From: Scenedesmus sp. PABB004 | Lineage: Eukaryota | Direction: 5' to 3' | Length of the DNA: 64,000 nucleotides | Assembly: GCA_014905635.1 (NCBI GenBank) | Contig: JABVCE010000046.1 | Span: 1 to 64,000 of the forward strand | Shown: positions 12,701 to 25,352 of the stretch, in pieces | How positions within the stretch are numbered: position 1 is the first letter of the stretch | Layout of the letters: each line of letters opens with the position of its first letter | Translations under genes and position numbers: made by a program | The notes under the pieces: model-generated | Seen by the model: the letters and a program-made list of their open reading frames with translations, nothing else | Told to the model about the DNA's origin: nothing | The model's database searches: none

Positions 12701-14199
12701 CCGCGCCGCCGCGGCGCCGCCGCGTGGCTCACCCGCGCCGCCGCGCCGCCCGCGCGTGCCGCCAGGCGCCTTTTCGGCGCTGAGCCCGACCGAGGCCTCC
12801 GTGTACGGCTCGCTGGCGGCGGCCAACGCAGGGTCCCTCTTCCTAGGCAGCCGCTGGCTCTGCGACGCAGCCGGCCGCCTGCTCGCCAGCGGCGCGTTCG
12901 ACGCGCCCGGCAGCGGCCCGGCGCTCAGCCCGCTGCGCGCGCTGGCGGCGCTGTTCTCGGCGGCGCCGCGCGCGCGACGCGCCGGCGACGGCGACGGCGC
13001 GCCGTGCTGGCCCTGCGGCGGAGGCGCAGAGTCGCGGCGCTGGGGCAGCACCAGCGCGAGCTACGCGTGGCTGCGGATGCTGGGGCGCCTGCCGGTGCTC
13101 GCAGACGCCCACCTCGACCTGCCGCTCGCGCTGCCGGGCAGGTGCGCCGGGGCCGTCGCCGCGCAGAGCGGCGGCGCCGGCCGGCCGGCTGCTGCGCCGT
13201 GCCCGCGCGCGCCGCCCCCACGCCCGCCGCCGCCCGCCGCGCGCAGCTGGACGCGCTGACGGCCGCGGCGTCGGCCTCGGCCAGCCTGCGCGCGCTCGCG
13301 GTGCACGGCGTCGCGCTGCCGCTGTACGCGAGCCACCAGACGCTGCTGGACGCGATCGCACGCCTCGCGGGCCCGCCGCCGCCGCGCGCCGCGCGCCGCG
13401 GCCCGCGCGCCGGGCAGCGCGGCCGGCGGCGGCGAGGGCGGCGGCGGCGCCGCGTCGTCGTTCCGCCCGCTGTCCCGCGTCGACCTCAGTTTCACCAAGC
13501 ACGTCGCCGCGCCGCCGGTGGCCGTGTCGCTCGCGCGGGCGTATGCCGGGATGCAGCCGGCGCCGCCGACGCAGAGGCGGAGATCACGCAGCTGCTCGCG
13601 CTGCGCGCGGCGCTCAACGAGCAGGCCGGCGTCGTCGCGGCGGCGGCGGCCGCGGGCCAGGCGCTCAGCCAGGCGCAGCTGGTCGCGCTCGGGACGGTCG
13701 CCGCGCAGGCGGGCGCCGCGGTGAGGGCCGCGCGGACGCGCCGCCACCGCCGGCGCGCGCCCGCCCCGCGCCCCGCTCGCGCTCACGGCCGCCGTCGCCG
13801 CCGCCGCCGCCGCCGCCGCCGCGCGGCGCAGATGTTTGGCGGCCTGGGCGGCCCCTTTGTCGGCGCGCCGGCGCAGATGATGGCCGCCGCGTTCCAGGTC
13901 ATGCCCGGCGGCCCCGGCGGCGCCCCCGGCGACGCCCCTGGCGGCGGCCCCGGCGGCCCGGGCGGCGGCCCCGGCGACGCCCTGGCGGCCCGGGCGGCCC
14001 GGCGACGCCCCGGGTGGCCCTGACGGCCCCGGCGACGCCCCCGGCGGCCCCATCGCCCCGGCGGCGCCGCCGGGCGGCGGCCGGGGCCGGCGGCCTGGTG
14101 GGCGGCCTCGTGGGCGGCGGCGGCGGCGGCGGCTTCGTCGCGCTCAACGGCGTCTGGCTGCCCGCCGGCGCGCTGCCCCAGCTGCCCGGCGGCGGCCCG

Positions 14200-14233
<34 letters not shown>

Positions 14234-15808
14234 GCCCGCCCGCGGGCTGGCTGGCGGGGCCGGGCGACGGCGGCTGGCCGCCGCAGGGCCTCGCGGGCGA
14301 GCCCGGCGCGGTCGTCGGCCAGCTGCTCGCGCAGCTGGACCACCAGATTCATCACCTCCAGTTCCACAGCCCCGCCGCGGCGCGGCCGCGCGGCATGCGC
14401 CACGCCGCGGCCGCGAGCAACGCCGACCGCGCGCTGCTGCGCGCCGCGGCGGCGCTCCTGCGCGCGTCGGGCGTCGCCGACGTCGGCGTCCGCATGCACG
14501 GCGGCGGCGGCGGCGGCCACGGCGCGGGCGGCCACGGCTCGGGCGGCCACGGCGGCGGCGGCGCCGCGGGCGGCGGCGGCGGCGGGGCCGGCTGGGGCGG
14601 CGCCGGCGCGGCGGCGGCGGGCGCTGGTCGGACGACGCCGACAGCCTGTCGGGGTTGGGCAGCGATGCCGGCAGCGACGCCGGCAGCGGCAGCGACGACG
14701 ACTCGGCCGACTGGGAGGAGGGCAGCGGCAGCTGGGGCAGCGTGAGCGCCGACGGCGACGCCGGCGGCGCGGCGCCCGGCGGCGCCGCGCCGGGCGCGCG
14801 GCGAGGGCGCCGCGGCGAGGGCGCCGTCGACGCCGCCGCGCTGCGCACGCTGCGGCTCACCTTTGTGGAGCGCACCGGCCTGGGCGGCCTGTTTGACGGC
14901 GTCGGCTCGCTCGCCGCGGCGGCGCTCATGGCGGCCGTGTCGCTGCTGCAGCGCACGACGCGCGCGACCGCCGCGGCGGCGGCCGCGGCCGCGACGGCCG
15001 CGGCGCACGGCGGCGGCCTGCGCGCGCGGCTGGCCGCGCGCGCCGCGGCCGCGGCCGCCGTGGCCGCGCGCCTCGCGGCAGGCGGCGTCGCCGCGGGCGC
15101 GGCCACGGTGCTCGCGGCACCGCGCTGCTGTCGCTCGCCTTTGGCGGCTGGGCGGGGCCGGTGCTGGGCGTGGAAGAGGTGCTGCGCCGCCTCCACGCGC
15201 GCCTGCACCTCGGCGCCGGCGCCGGCGGCGGCGGCGACGCCGCGCAGCACGACGGCGCAGGCAGCGACGGCGGCGACGACGACGACGCGTCCAGCGGCAG
15301 CTGGGAGGAGGCGGGCAGCAGCGGCGCGGGCAGCAACGCCGGCGGTGGCGCCGGCGCCGGCGGCGGCGGCGGCGGCGCCGCCGCGCGGCGCCGCCGCGCC
15401 GTCGGCGGCGGCGGCGCTCGCACGCGCGCTGTGGGACGCGCTGCGCTCGGGCGGGCTGCCGCGCGGCGCGCTCGCGGGGGCGCTCGGCGCGGCGGTGCGG
15501 TCGGTCGTGGGCGCGGAGGTGCAGGCGCTGCTGGACGGCGGCGCCGACGGCGAGGAGAGCGAGGATGACGAGGGCCCGGCTTTGTGGACGGCCCGGGCGG
15601 CGTCAACCCGGACGGCGGCGGCGGCGGGGCGATGTCCGGAATCCCGCCGACCGTCCAGATCCTCGCGGGCCTCGACTCGCCCGCGTCGTGGGCGTTTGTC
15701 GGCGCCGCCGCGCCGCTCGCGCTCGCGGGCGCGGCGGCGGGCGCGTGGGCGGGCGCGCGCGTCGCGCGCGCGGCGGCCGTCGCGGTCGCCGCGGCGATGC
15801 GGCGCTGA
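6701..15808 (+). CDS. Large F-box / leucine-rich-repeat-like protein, multi-exon; internal structure uncertain
   Basis: N-terminal LPGPVIK|AICACLPLADRCAARLVCRSWR is F-box-like. Repeated LxxLxxLxL units (LPGLATLLL, LTQLRALQLS, LTRLTHLSLH, LTGLRELLLSG, LRALTKLRLE). Many GT-AG introns, stop at 15808. It could be more than one gene. Confidence 0.55.
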
Positions 15809-15949
15809 GCTGAGCGGGGGGTGAGCGGGGCCTGGGGGCGTTGCGTGTGGGCGCTCGTGTGCGCGAGCGAGCGCGGGCTGTGGGGCGCGCAAGGGGGGAT
15901 CGGTCGGTCACCTCGGTCGAGCACACCAGCGCCGCCACGCCGCCGCCGG

Positions 15950-16723
15950 TCAGCCCGCCGCCGGCGTCGGCGCCGGCGCCGCCGCAAACAGCGCCTCCAC
16001 CTCCGCCAGCGACAGCACGAGCAGGCGGGACTCGTAGTCGGACGAGCCGTAGCTCAGCAGTACGTGCGGCGCCGGCGGGCCGTCGCCCGCGCTGGCGACG
16101 CCAGCTAACCCACTCGCCTGCTGCGACGCCTGCTGCGCCGACTGCAGTGGCCCGCGCCCCGCCGCGGTGCCGCCTCGCAGCACGCGGCGGCCCAGCGCCG
16201 GCGGCGTCCCCGCCGCGGGCGCCGCCGCGGGCGCGACGGGCGCGAGCAGCGCCTCCACCTGGCGGGGCGACAGCAGGGCGAGGTCCAGCCCCGACGCAAA
16301 CGCGACCTGCTTGAAGCGCGCCCCGGACCGCAGCGGCAGCTCGGCAGACACCTGCGGGCGCGCGGTCGGGCGCCGGCACAGCGCGCGCGTGTCGGCGGCG
16401 CCGCGCCGCGCCGCGCCGCGCCGCGCCGAGCCGACGCGCGCCCGGCGGCGCCGCGCGCCTGGAGCAGTCGGAAGGGCGGGTGCGGCTCCAGGCGGATGAG
16501 GTAATGACGGTACGCCCGGCCGTCGCCGCCCCCCGGCGCAGGCAGCCAGCAGTGGGCGACGCCCAGCAGGTAGCCGCCGCCGCCCGGGGGAGGAGGAGGG
16601 CTTGCGCGGCCGGCCGCGGGCGCGGCGGGCGCGCCGACGTCGGCGCCGCGCACGTGCACGAGCGGCGGCCCGCCCGAGAGCCGCGCCGCGACGCCGGCGC
16701 CGAGCGCCGCGAGCGCAGGGCCT

Positions 16724-16755
<32 letters not shown>

Positions 16756-18635
16756 CGGCGGGGGGCGTGGGCCCGCGTCGGCGCCGCGCGCGCGCCTCGC
16801 CTCGCCCCCCCCCCCCCCCCTCCCTCGCCCCCCTTCCCCCTTCCCCGGCGCCGCCGCCGCCCGCCCGCCGCGCGCACCCGGGTCGCTCTCGTGCGCCGGC
16901 GCCGCGACGCCGTCGGGGCGCAGCTCGTACAGCCGCAGCACTGGTGCCAGGCGGTACAGCACGTACAGGCGGCCGCCCCAGGCAAAGGGGCTCCAGTTCT
17001 TTTCGACCACAGAGTGCCGCCGGCCATACACGGCCTTTCCGTCGGCGAGGCGCAGCCGCAGCGGCGCGCCGCCGGCGAGGCGCGCCCACGCCGCGGCGTC
17101 GGCGGCGGCGGCGGCGTCGGCGCCCGCCGCGCTGCCGTTGCCGGCCGGCGCCGGCGCGGCGGCCGCGGCCGCGGCCGCGGCGGCGGCGATAAACGTGCCG
17201 CCCGCGGCGGGCACGCCGGGGCGCGTGTGCTGCCGCCGGCGCGGCCGGCCGGGCCGCGCCCCGCGGCGCCAGCGCCCGGCGGCCACCGCCGCCGCCGGCG
17301 GTAGCGATAGTCCTGCTGGTCGCCGCTGCCGCTGCTGCCGCTGCTGCCGCTGCTGCCGCTGCTGCCGCTGGTGCCGCTGGTGCCGCTGGTGCCGCTGGTG
17401 CCGCTGCTGCCGCTGCTGCCGCCGCTCTCGCCGGCTGCCGCTGCCTCCGCGAGCGCGCGTCGCTGCCGCCGCCGCCGGCTGAGGCGGCTCCGCCGCGCGG
17501 GCGGGCTGCCGCCGCCCTCGCCGCCGCCGCCGCCCTCGCCGCCGCCGCCGCTCTCGCCGCCGCGCTGCTGCTGCTGCTGCTGCACCGCCGCCGCCCGCCG
17601 CCGCCGCCGCCGCGGCACGGCGCCGCCCCGCGTGCGGGGGCCGGTCAACCCAGGTGACGTTGGCGGGGTGGCCGGGCGGGTGGTCAAACGCGGCCGCGTC
17701 GGGCGGCTCGCCCTCGGGCGCGAGCTGCACCAGCCACTGCGCAAACACGACCGGCTGCTCGCAGTACGGCCCGCCCGGCGGCCGCGGCGGCCGCTGCGCG
17801 CGCGCGCGGCGGCGGCGGCGGCGGCGGCGGCGGGAGCGGGGAGCGTGAGCCCTCCCTCGGCTGCAGGTGGTGGGTGGTGGCCCGCCGCGCCGCGCCCCGC
17901 GCGGGCCGCCCTGGACCCTGAGCAACCCTGAGCCCTGGGCCCCAGCATGGCGTCATCCCAGCATGCTGACGTCATCCCCCAGCTCACCGTCCGGTCATTG
18001 CCCAGAGGCCGCGGCCCGGCCAGGCAAACAGCTTGGTGTCGTCCACGCCCCACGCCTCCCACGGCACGCGCCACGTCGCGCTGCCCCAGCGGCACTGCTG
18101 CCCAAACGCGCCCCGCCAGGGGTCGAACGGCGTGCAGCTGCGACGGCGGCGCGGCGGCGGCGCGCGCGCGGCGCGGTCTCAGGCCGGCGAGCCGCTGGCT
18201 GCTCCGCCCGCCCCCGCTGCGGCGCTGCGGCGCGCGGCGCTGCGGCGCGCACGTCACGCTGCGCGCGCCGCCGAGGTCCACGCGGCAGAGGTGCGCCGCG
18301 TTGACGATCCACTTAAGCCCGTCCGGCTCCCACCTGCGCCAGCAACGCAGCGGCGGCGGCGCCCTGGGATGGCCGGTGGCTGGCGCGCGCGGCGCGCGCG
18401 GGCACGCGCAGGGCCAGCGCGCAGCCCAGCGCGCGGCGCGCAGAACGGCGCACCGCAGCTGCGTCGAGCGCGCGACGAGCCAGCCCGCGCCGGCGTGGAT
18501 CACGAGCGAGGGGTTGTACCGCCCCGTCCCCAGCGGCAGCAGCGCGTCGCGCAGCAGCGGGGCCGCGCCCGGCGTCGGCGCGGCCGCAGCGACGGCCGCG
18601 AGCGCGAGCGCCGCGGCCAGACGCGCTGCGCTCAT
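15950..18635 (-). CDS. Secreted five-bladed beta-propeller carbohydrate-active protein, GH130/GT91/GT108-like (putative beta-mannosyltransferase or phosphorylase)
   Basis: Signal peptide MSAARLAAALALAAVAAA. Motifs YNPSLV, GVDDTKLF, VEKNWSPF, LSGGPPLV, YLLGVAH, YRHYLIRLEPHPPF, VAFASGL and LLSYGSSD occur in the order typical of this clan. Confidence 0.65.
17323..17423. repeat. 9-bp tandem repeat (CCGCTGCTG/CCGCTGGTG), reading (SGS/SGT)n on the minus strand
   Basis: About 10 visible copies inside the beta-propeller gene span. Confidence 0.85.
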
Positions 18636-19618
18636 GCCGCCGCCGGCCGCCGTCGCCGCCGCGGCTGCGCGCCCCCGCCCGCCATCGACGGGAGCACTGC
18701 GGCGGCCCCTGGCCGGCTGGCCGGTGCCTGCTCAGCCGCTGCACCCCCTCGGGCGACGCCTGCGCGGCGGCAGCAGCAGCGGCAGGTTGCCTGCTGGCAG
18801 CGATCCCGGACGGCCAATCGCTGCTGACCATGTGATTCATGCGACCTCTGGGCCCACGCCGGCGAGCTGGCGGCGCCCCGCGCTGCCCAGGCGCGCGGCA
18901 GGGACGGGGGCATGCCGGAGGCACGGCCGGCCCCGCGCCCACGGCCGCCCAGCGGCCCTGCGCGCCAGACCAGACGTTGACACGCGGTGCTGACATTGCG
19001 GGGCGCACCTGCAAACCAGCGATGGAGGGAGTGGGCAGTCGTGAGACCGTTGGCTTGCTGCTGCTGCTGCTGCTCGGGCCGCGCGCGCGTCGCCGACGAG
19101 CGCCTGCTGCGCTTTTGAAGCTGTGGGTCGCATCTCTGTGGCTGCCTGCCCCTCGCCAATCGCTGCAGCTGCGCGGTCGCGACGCGCGGCGGCTCAGTGG
19201 CCTGGGCCCTGGCGTGCAACAGCGGCACGCGCCGCGGCGGTCGTTCCAAACTGCACGCCCAGCAAAAAATCGGCACACAGCATAAGTTGGACGAGCAGCT
19301 TCCGGGGAAAGAACGCACAGGCCCCCCACGCTCAGCGGAGCGACATGCCGCCACCACCGCTGCAATACGCTCAGAGGCGGCGCACGTGCCTGGCGCGCAT
19401 GCGTCAGCCGCCGCCGGCCGCATGTCTGGGCGGCCGACGGGAAATTTGAATGAAAACCCCCGCAGCTGTGACGAGCCATTTCTGTCAACCCCCACGCGCG
19501 GCGTCCGCCGCGCCGCGCGCGCCGCTGGCGCGCCCGGGCAGTCTCTCAGCCCCAGCGCATGTCGGAGGGCGCCGTCGCGGGCGCCATTGCGGGTACCAAC
19601 CATGGCTGTTGCTGGTTA

Positions 19619-22600
19619 TCAACCGAAGAGCAGCCAGAGCCAGCTAATCCCTCCGCCGACCACGTAGCTGCCGCCCGTGCTGAGCACCAGCAGCGCCTGC
19701 GTGCGCTCCGCCGCGCCGCTCAGCAGGTCGCGCGGCGCGAGGCAGAAGACAGACGACGTGAGGTAGCTGCGGCAGCGGGGAGGAAGGGTGGGGGCAGGGC
19801 GGCGGCGGCGGGCGCGGGCGTGTGAGTGCCGCGGGGTGCTCAACCCTTCTGAGCCCTGCTGCCTCTGCTGAGACACAAGCCCTGAGCCCTGCCGGCGCCC
19901 TGCCAGCATCCTGCCAGCACGCCCTGCCAGCACGCCCTGCCCCCTCCATGCACACACCCCCGCCCACCACCCCACGCAGCCACCCCTAAACCCTAAACCC
20001 TATGCCCACCACCCCACGCACCCGCTGGCCGCATACATCGCGCAGCAGAGGGCGCTGAACGCGCCTGGGCCGCCCCCAAACGCGAGCGCCGCGCCAAAGG
20101 CGGGGACAAAGGCATACATGCACGCACTTGCGCACAGCAGCGTGCGCCGCGGCGCCGGCAGCGCCGGGGGGATGGGCAGCAGCGCCGACCCCACGAACCC
20201 GCCGACCTGCGCGGCGAGCACGAGGATTTGGACGGACCACGACCCCGCCGCCTCCCACTGCGGCGGGGCGGGCGGCGGCGGGCGGGGGCTTTTGAGGCGG
20301 GCGGCGGCGGCGCCCAGGCGGGAGGGAAGGCCCGGCCCGGCGGGAGGGGCCGGCCGGCGGGCGAGGAGGCGCGGCGAGGCGGCGGCCGCGCGCGGCGCAC
20401 CTTGCCGACTTGGCTGGAGAGGCAGAGCGGCAGCACCGCCGCAGTGACGAGGGGGCCCTGCACCACAGCGACCAAGTAGGGCAGCATCAGCCGCGCCGCG
20501 AGCCAGCCGCCCGAGGCGCCGACGCTGCTGGCGACGCTCGCCGCGGAGCTCGCCGGCGGCGACGCGCCGCCGCACGCGCAGGGCGGGTCGGCGGCACAGC
20601 CGGCGCCGCGTGGCGGCGCGCGGGGCGAGCCGGGCGCGGCGCCGCCGCCGCTGCAGCGCGGCGGGCCGCCAGCGTCGGGCAGCGCGAGCAGCCAGCTGCC
20701 CTCGCGCGCTGCGTGCGGCGCCGCGCCGGCGTCCTCGCCTGCGCCCTCGCCTGCACCCTCGCCTGCGCCCTCGCCGGCGCCGGCGTCGTCTAGGGTTTGC
20801 AGGAACAGCACCAGATGCTCGCTGCAGGGCGGGGCCGCCGGCGCAGCCGGTGGCCGGAAGCGGCGCTTCGTGGCGGCGGCGCCGCGGCCCGTGCTGCTGT
20901 CGCTGCTGCTACTGCTGGCGCTGCTGCTGGCGCTGCTGCTGCAGCTGGGCGAGGCGAGCGACACGGGCGCGCTGGCGGCCTTGCGCCCGCCCGCGCTGCG
21001 CGGCGCCACAAAGCTCGAGCAGCTGTCGTGCCGCAGCCCGGCGCGCTGCAGGCTCGGCTGCGTCCGCAGCTTCAGCCCCCGCGGCGCGCCCGGGTGCGGC
21101 GCGCCAACCGGCGCGGCGCCGTCGGCGCTCGCCAGCGCCGCCGCGAGCACGTGCGACAGCGACTTGCGCCGCTTGGGCGGCCGGTGGTGCAGAGCGGCGG
21201 CGCGCTGCTCCCACCCCCGCTCCAGCTGTGCCTCCGGCTCCGCCTCCGCCCCCGCCTCGCCGGGGTCAGCGTCTAAGCACCGGCCGCGCCCGCCGGCCGA
21301 CGCCTTGCCCGCCCAGCCGCGGCCGCCGCCGCGCCGCGGGCTGCGCCCGCCGCCGCCGCCCAGGCGGTGCGGCAGCGCCGGCAGCAGGCCGCCGCCGCCC
21401 TCTATGCTGTTAAGCGTCTGCTTGACCGACAGCCCTGCGCCCGGCGGCGGCTGGGGTTAAGGACGGGACGGCGCGCCCAGCGCCCAGCTCAGCCCCCGCT
21501 CAGCCCTCTCCTCACGCGCGCGCGCGCTGCGCGCGCCGCGCCAGTCCCCGCGCGCGCGCCGCACCCGGGTGCTCCCGCAGCGCCGCGATCTCGCCGGCGA
21601 GGCGCGGCAGCGCGCCCAGCACGGCGGCGAGGCAGGCGAGCGCGATGCAGGCCGCCAGCAGCATGTACAGCGCGGTCGACGCGCGCAGCCCCGCCGCGCT
21701 CGGCGGCAGGGCGGCCTTGGACACGCAGCGCAGCGCAGCCATGATGAGCCCGCTGGTCGCCTTGCCGCCCAGGAAGGCCTGGGGCGGAGGGCGTAGGCGC
21801 GGCAGGGGGCGGGGCGGCGTGGCGTGGTGGCGACGTGTGCGGCCGTGGGCGCGGCATCGGGCGGCGCGGTGCCGCGGGCGGGGCCGGGGGCGGCGCGGAG
21901 CCGGGCGCGGCGCGGCGCACGTGCGTGTGCCGCGGGCCGATCGCCGCCGCCTCGCCGTAGGCGACGCTCGAGATGAGCGCGTCGGCGCCGCCTGCGAGGC
22001 ACGCGCCCAGTGCCCACACAGCAAACGCGGCGCCGTGCGCGGCGCGGACGCCGGCGATGCCGCCGCCGGACGCGCCGAGCGCGACGCCGGCGTCCGTCGC
22101 GGTCAGCGTCGCGGGCGTGGGCGCGGCGCCCGGCAGCGCGTGCGCCGCCAGGTGCGCGGCGCCGTCGCCGCAGCAGGCGGCCGGCACCAGCACGTAGTCC
22201 AGCTGGCGGGCGGGCAGGCGGGCGGTTGGCGGGGCGGTGGCGTGCCGTGAGCGCCGGCGCGCGGCCGCCTGCGCCGCCGCCGCCGCCCACCCACGCCCAC
22301 GACCCCGCCCGCCCTCGCACCGTGGGCAGCAGCACCAGCATCAGGCAGTATGCAGCGTAGCCTGCCACCAGCCGCGTGCGCTTGCCCGCCGGCCACGCGC
22401 CGGGCCCGCGCGCGTGCAGCGCCGCCATGGCGGCGAAGCAGGCCACGTTGTAGGCGGTCGGCAGCGTGCGCGAAGGAAAGAACGCCTGAGGCGCGGCACG
22501 GCACCGGGCGGGACGGGCGGGGACGGGAGGTGGGCCGGGCGCCGGACGTGCGCGCGCGTTTTGGGCGAGTCAACCGAGAGGCAAAAGTAACACATAGAGC

Positions 22601-23120
22601 AACACAGAGCAGCAGCCTGTGACTGACAGGAAAAGCTCAACACCCACCTCGTACGACGCGTTGAGGTGGTCCATTGCCTGCAGCAGCGCGCTCACGGGCG
22701 CGAGCAGGCCCATGCCCAGCAAGAAGAAGACGGCGCGCAGCACGGCGGCCTGGCGCGCGCGCGCGGCGGGGTTTAGTGATGGCGTTTTGCGTGAGGGTTT
22801 AGTGCGAGGGTTTGGTTTAGGGGAGGGGGCGGGATGGGTGAGCGCGCGCGGCGTGGCAGAGAGGGAGAGGTGGTGTGAGAGAGGTGCGGGCGGCGGCGAG
22901 CGGCCAGCGGGCGGCGGGCGGCGCCGCCGCGCTGCCGGCCGGCAGGGCGCACCTTGAGGCGGCTGCGCGGCGGCGCTGCAGCTGCCTTGCGCGCCAGCTC
23001 GGCGCCGGCGCCGGCGTCGGGGCCGCGCGCGCGGCGCGGCGGCACGACGACGCCCACGGCCGCCGCGCCGCCCGGCCGTGCGCCATGGGCACGCCCGCGC
23101 GGCAGCGGCGCGGCGCCCAT
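19619..23120 (-). CDS. Equilibrative nucleoside transporter (ENT/SLC29 family), multi-exon
   Basis: TM1 VFFLLGMGLLAPVSALLQAMDHL, then RLVAGYAAY, GGADALISSVAYGEAA and QAFLGGKATSG, a long central loop, and the C-terminus GYLTSSVFCLAP...GGGISWLWLLFG-stop. These are typical of plant ENTs. Confidence 0.8.
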
Positions 23121-23846
23121 GGCAGCCCGGCTCCGGCCGCCGCCGGGCTCACGCGGCGCGGGGCGTCATGCCGCCCCTGCCGCCGAGCCGGCCCCTGGTG
23201 CGCGCCGGCAGCCTGCGTGCTCGGGGCGCGGCCGCGGCTGTCAGGCGAGCCCGCCGAGCACCGCCGCCGCTGCTTCCGCTGCCGCCGCAGCCGCAGCTGC
23301 CCCGCCTCTGTTGGGTGAGCTCTGGGTGAGCTGCAGGCGCGGCGTGAGGCGCTGCGGGGCCTGCGACTGCCCCCGCCAGCCAGCCGCCGCTGCCGACCCT
23401 GGTCGACAGGGGGGCTGCCCTCGCCACGCACCGGCTCGCCCTGCCGCGACGCTTCACAGCTCGTGAGCTCCAGATAGAGCTGGCTGGGCCAGCAGTTGGA
23501 GCGCGTCGAGCTCGCGGCGAGCAGCTCGCGCGCGTGAGCGCGGGAGCGCCACGGCTGCGCGATGCGGCCTGCCCGGGCGGCGCGCGCTCGACTAGACGTT
23601 CAAGAGCTCACAGGACAGCGCCTAGGTGGTCTGTCGGGCCGCGTCGCCGGGCCGGCCCGGCGCGAGCGCGCCAGCAGCGAGCCGCGGAGCGAACTAACAC
23701 GGCCCGGGCGGCCCCCTGCTGCTGGACGAGTTCGGGAGCGGCCCAAACAGCGCGATCGAGGCCCGTGCAGCGCGCTCGCGGCGCGGCAGGGCGGCGGCGG
23801 GCTGCTGGCCAGCCAGGCCGCTGCTTTCACACGCGGCGCCGGGCCG

Positions 23847-25352
23847 TCACAGCGCGCCGAACAGCCGCGCGAGCTCGCCGTCCAGCCCGCCCGCCGCCGG
23901 CGCGGGCGGCTTGGCGCTGTAGATGCTCAGAGTGCGCCCTGCCGCGGCGGGGACGCCCAGCGCGGCGACGCACACGCCCGCGACGTCCGCGCGCGAGATC
24001 GAGCCGCCCGCGCCGGCGCGCTCGCGCGTCGTGTCCACGTCTGACGCGCCGGGCGCGGCGGGGCGCCGGCGGCGGTTGACGGGCGCGCGCGCGCGCTGCG
24101 CGCGGCGGCGGCGACGCGCACGCGCGGGCACGCGCGCACCCGCGCGCAGCGCCGCGCCGCCGGGCGGCGCGTTGGTGAGGCCCCCCGGGCGGACGATGGT
24201 GAATGACACGCCGCTGCGCCGCAGTGCCTCCTCGCCAGCATACTTGGAGTCCTGCAAGTTGGGCCGCGCGGCCGCGGCGGCGGCGGCGGCGACAGGCGGC
24301 GGCGGCGCGTTTGGCCGGACGACGTGTGTGCTCCCCGCCGCTGCCGCTGCGAGCGCGGCGCCTGCATCCACCCCTCCTCTTCCCTCCCCTGAGCTCCCAC
24401 CATGAGCCCCCAGCGGATGTTGTTCAGCAGGATTCGAATCGGGCTCCACCTGGCGGCGGGCGGGCGGGGGCGCGTCGACCGGCGCGCGCCGCCCCGGCCG
24501 TGCGTGTCGTCGCCGCGCGCGCGTGCGTGCGCCGCGCCGCCCAACGGCGCCGCGCCGCGCCTGTTGGCCGGGTGCACGAGCATGCTGGACACCAGCACCA
24601 CGCGCGACGCGCCCGCCGCGCCCGCCGCCGCCGCGACGTTGGCGACGCCCTGCGGCGGCGCGGCCGCGGCCGCGGGCGCGGCGCGTCGCGCACGGCGCGG
24701 CGCACAGCGCAGCCTCTCGCCGCGTCCCCGTCCTCCCGCCCCCCGCGCTCCTGCCTGGTGGTCCACCGGCTCCGCCGACCAGAAGCCGCGCCCGCTCGCC
24801 GCAAAGATGACGCCCGCCTGCGCACCAGGAGCGGAAGCGGCGGCGGCGGCGGGCGCGCGGCTCGGCGCGCGGTCGGCCCGCTGCGCGAGGCGCCCCGCCG
24901 CGGCGTGCCCCGCCGCGCCGCGCCCGGCGGCGCCCGCACCGCGCCCGCCAGCGCGGCGTTGAGGCTGTCCGGGTCGGTCACGTCCCCGGCGACCACCTCG
25001 AGCCGGCCGGCAGCGGCGTCGCCTGCGGCAGGGGACAGCGGCGACGCGTCGCCGCGCCGGGCGGCCCTGGCGCGCGACCACGCCGCGCGCCCACGCCACG
25101 CCACGCGCGTGACCGCGTCGAACGCGCTCCGCGCCGCACGCCGCCGGGGCCGCGCAGCGCGCTTGCGCCGACGCAGCAGCGCTGCGTCGCCGCTGGCGCC
25201 GCACCCGCGGCCGCCGTGATCGCGTCGCCGTGCTTGGCCGGATCGCGCACCACCGCACGCACGGGGGCGTCGGTGGCGGCCAGCAGGCGCTGCACGCAGG
25301 CGAGCCCGGTGGGCCCGCCGGCGCCGAGCACGACGTTTGGTGCTGGCGCCAT
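23847..25352 (-). CDS. NAD(P)-binding Rossmann-fold atypical SDR (NmrA/Tic62-like), 7 exons
   Basis: Motifs VVLGAGGPTG, AVVRDP, GDVTD, VIFAAS, VDHQGVANV, VLVSS, KYAGEEALRRSGVSFTIVRPGGL and ISRADVA. Confidence 0.9.

Noticed and set aside
19559..19825. Plus-strand ORF resembling a small acylated protein (GCCWLSTEEQ...)
   Set aside because: It is the antisense of the last ENT exon, which has a proper acceptor and a family-typical C-terminus.
19983..20002. TTTAGGG runs read as a chromosome end or fusion scar
   Set aside because: There are only 1-3 copies per site and nearly all lie inside introns. They are reported above as an intron-polarity signal instead.
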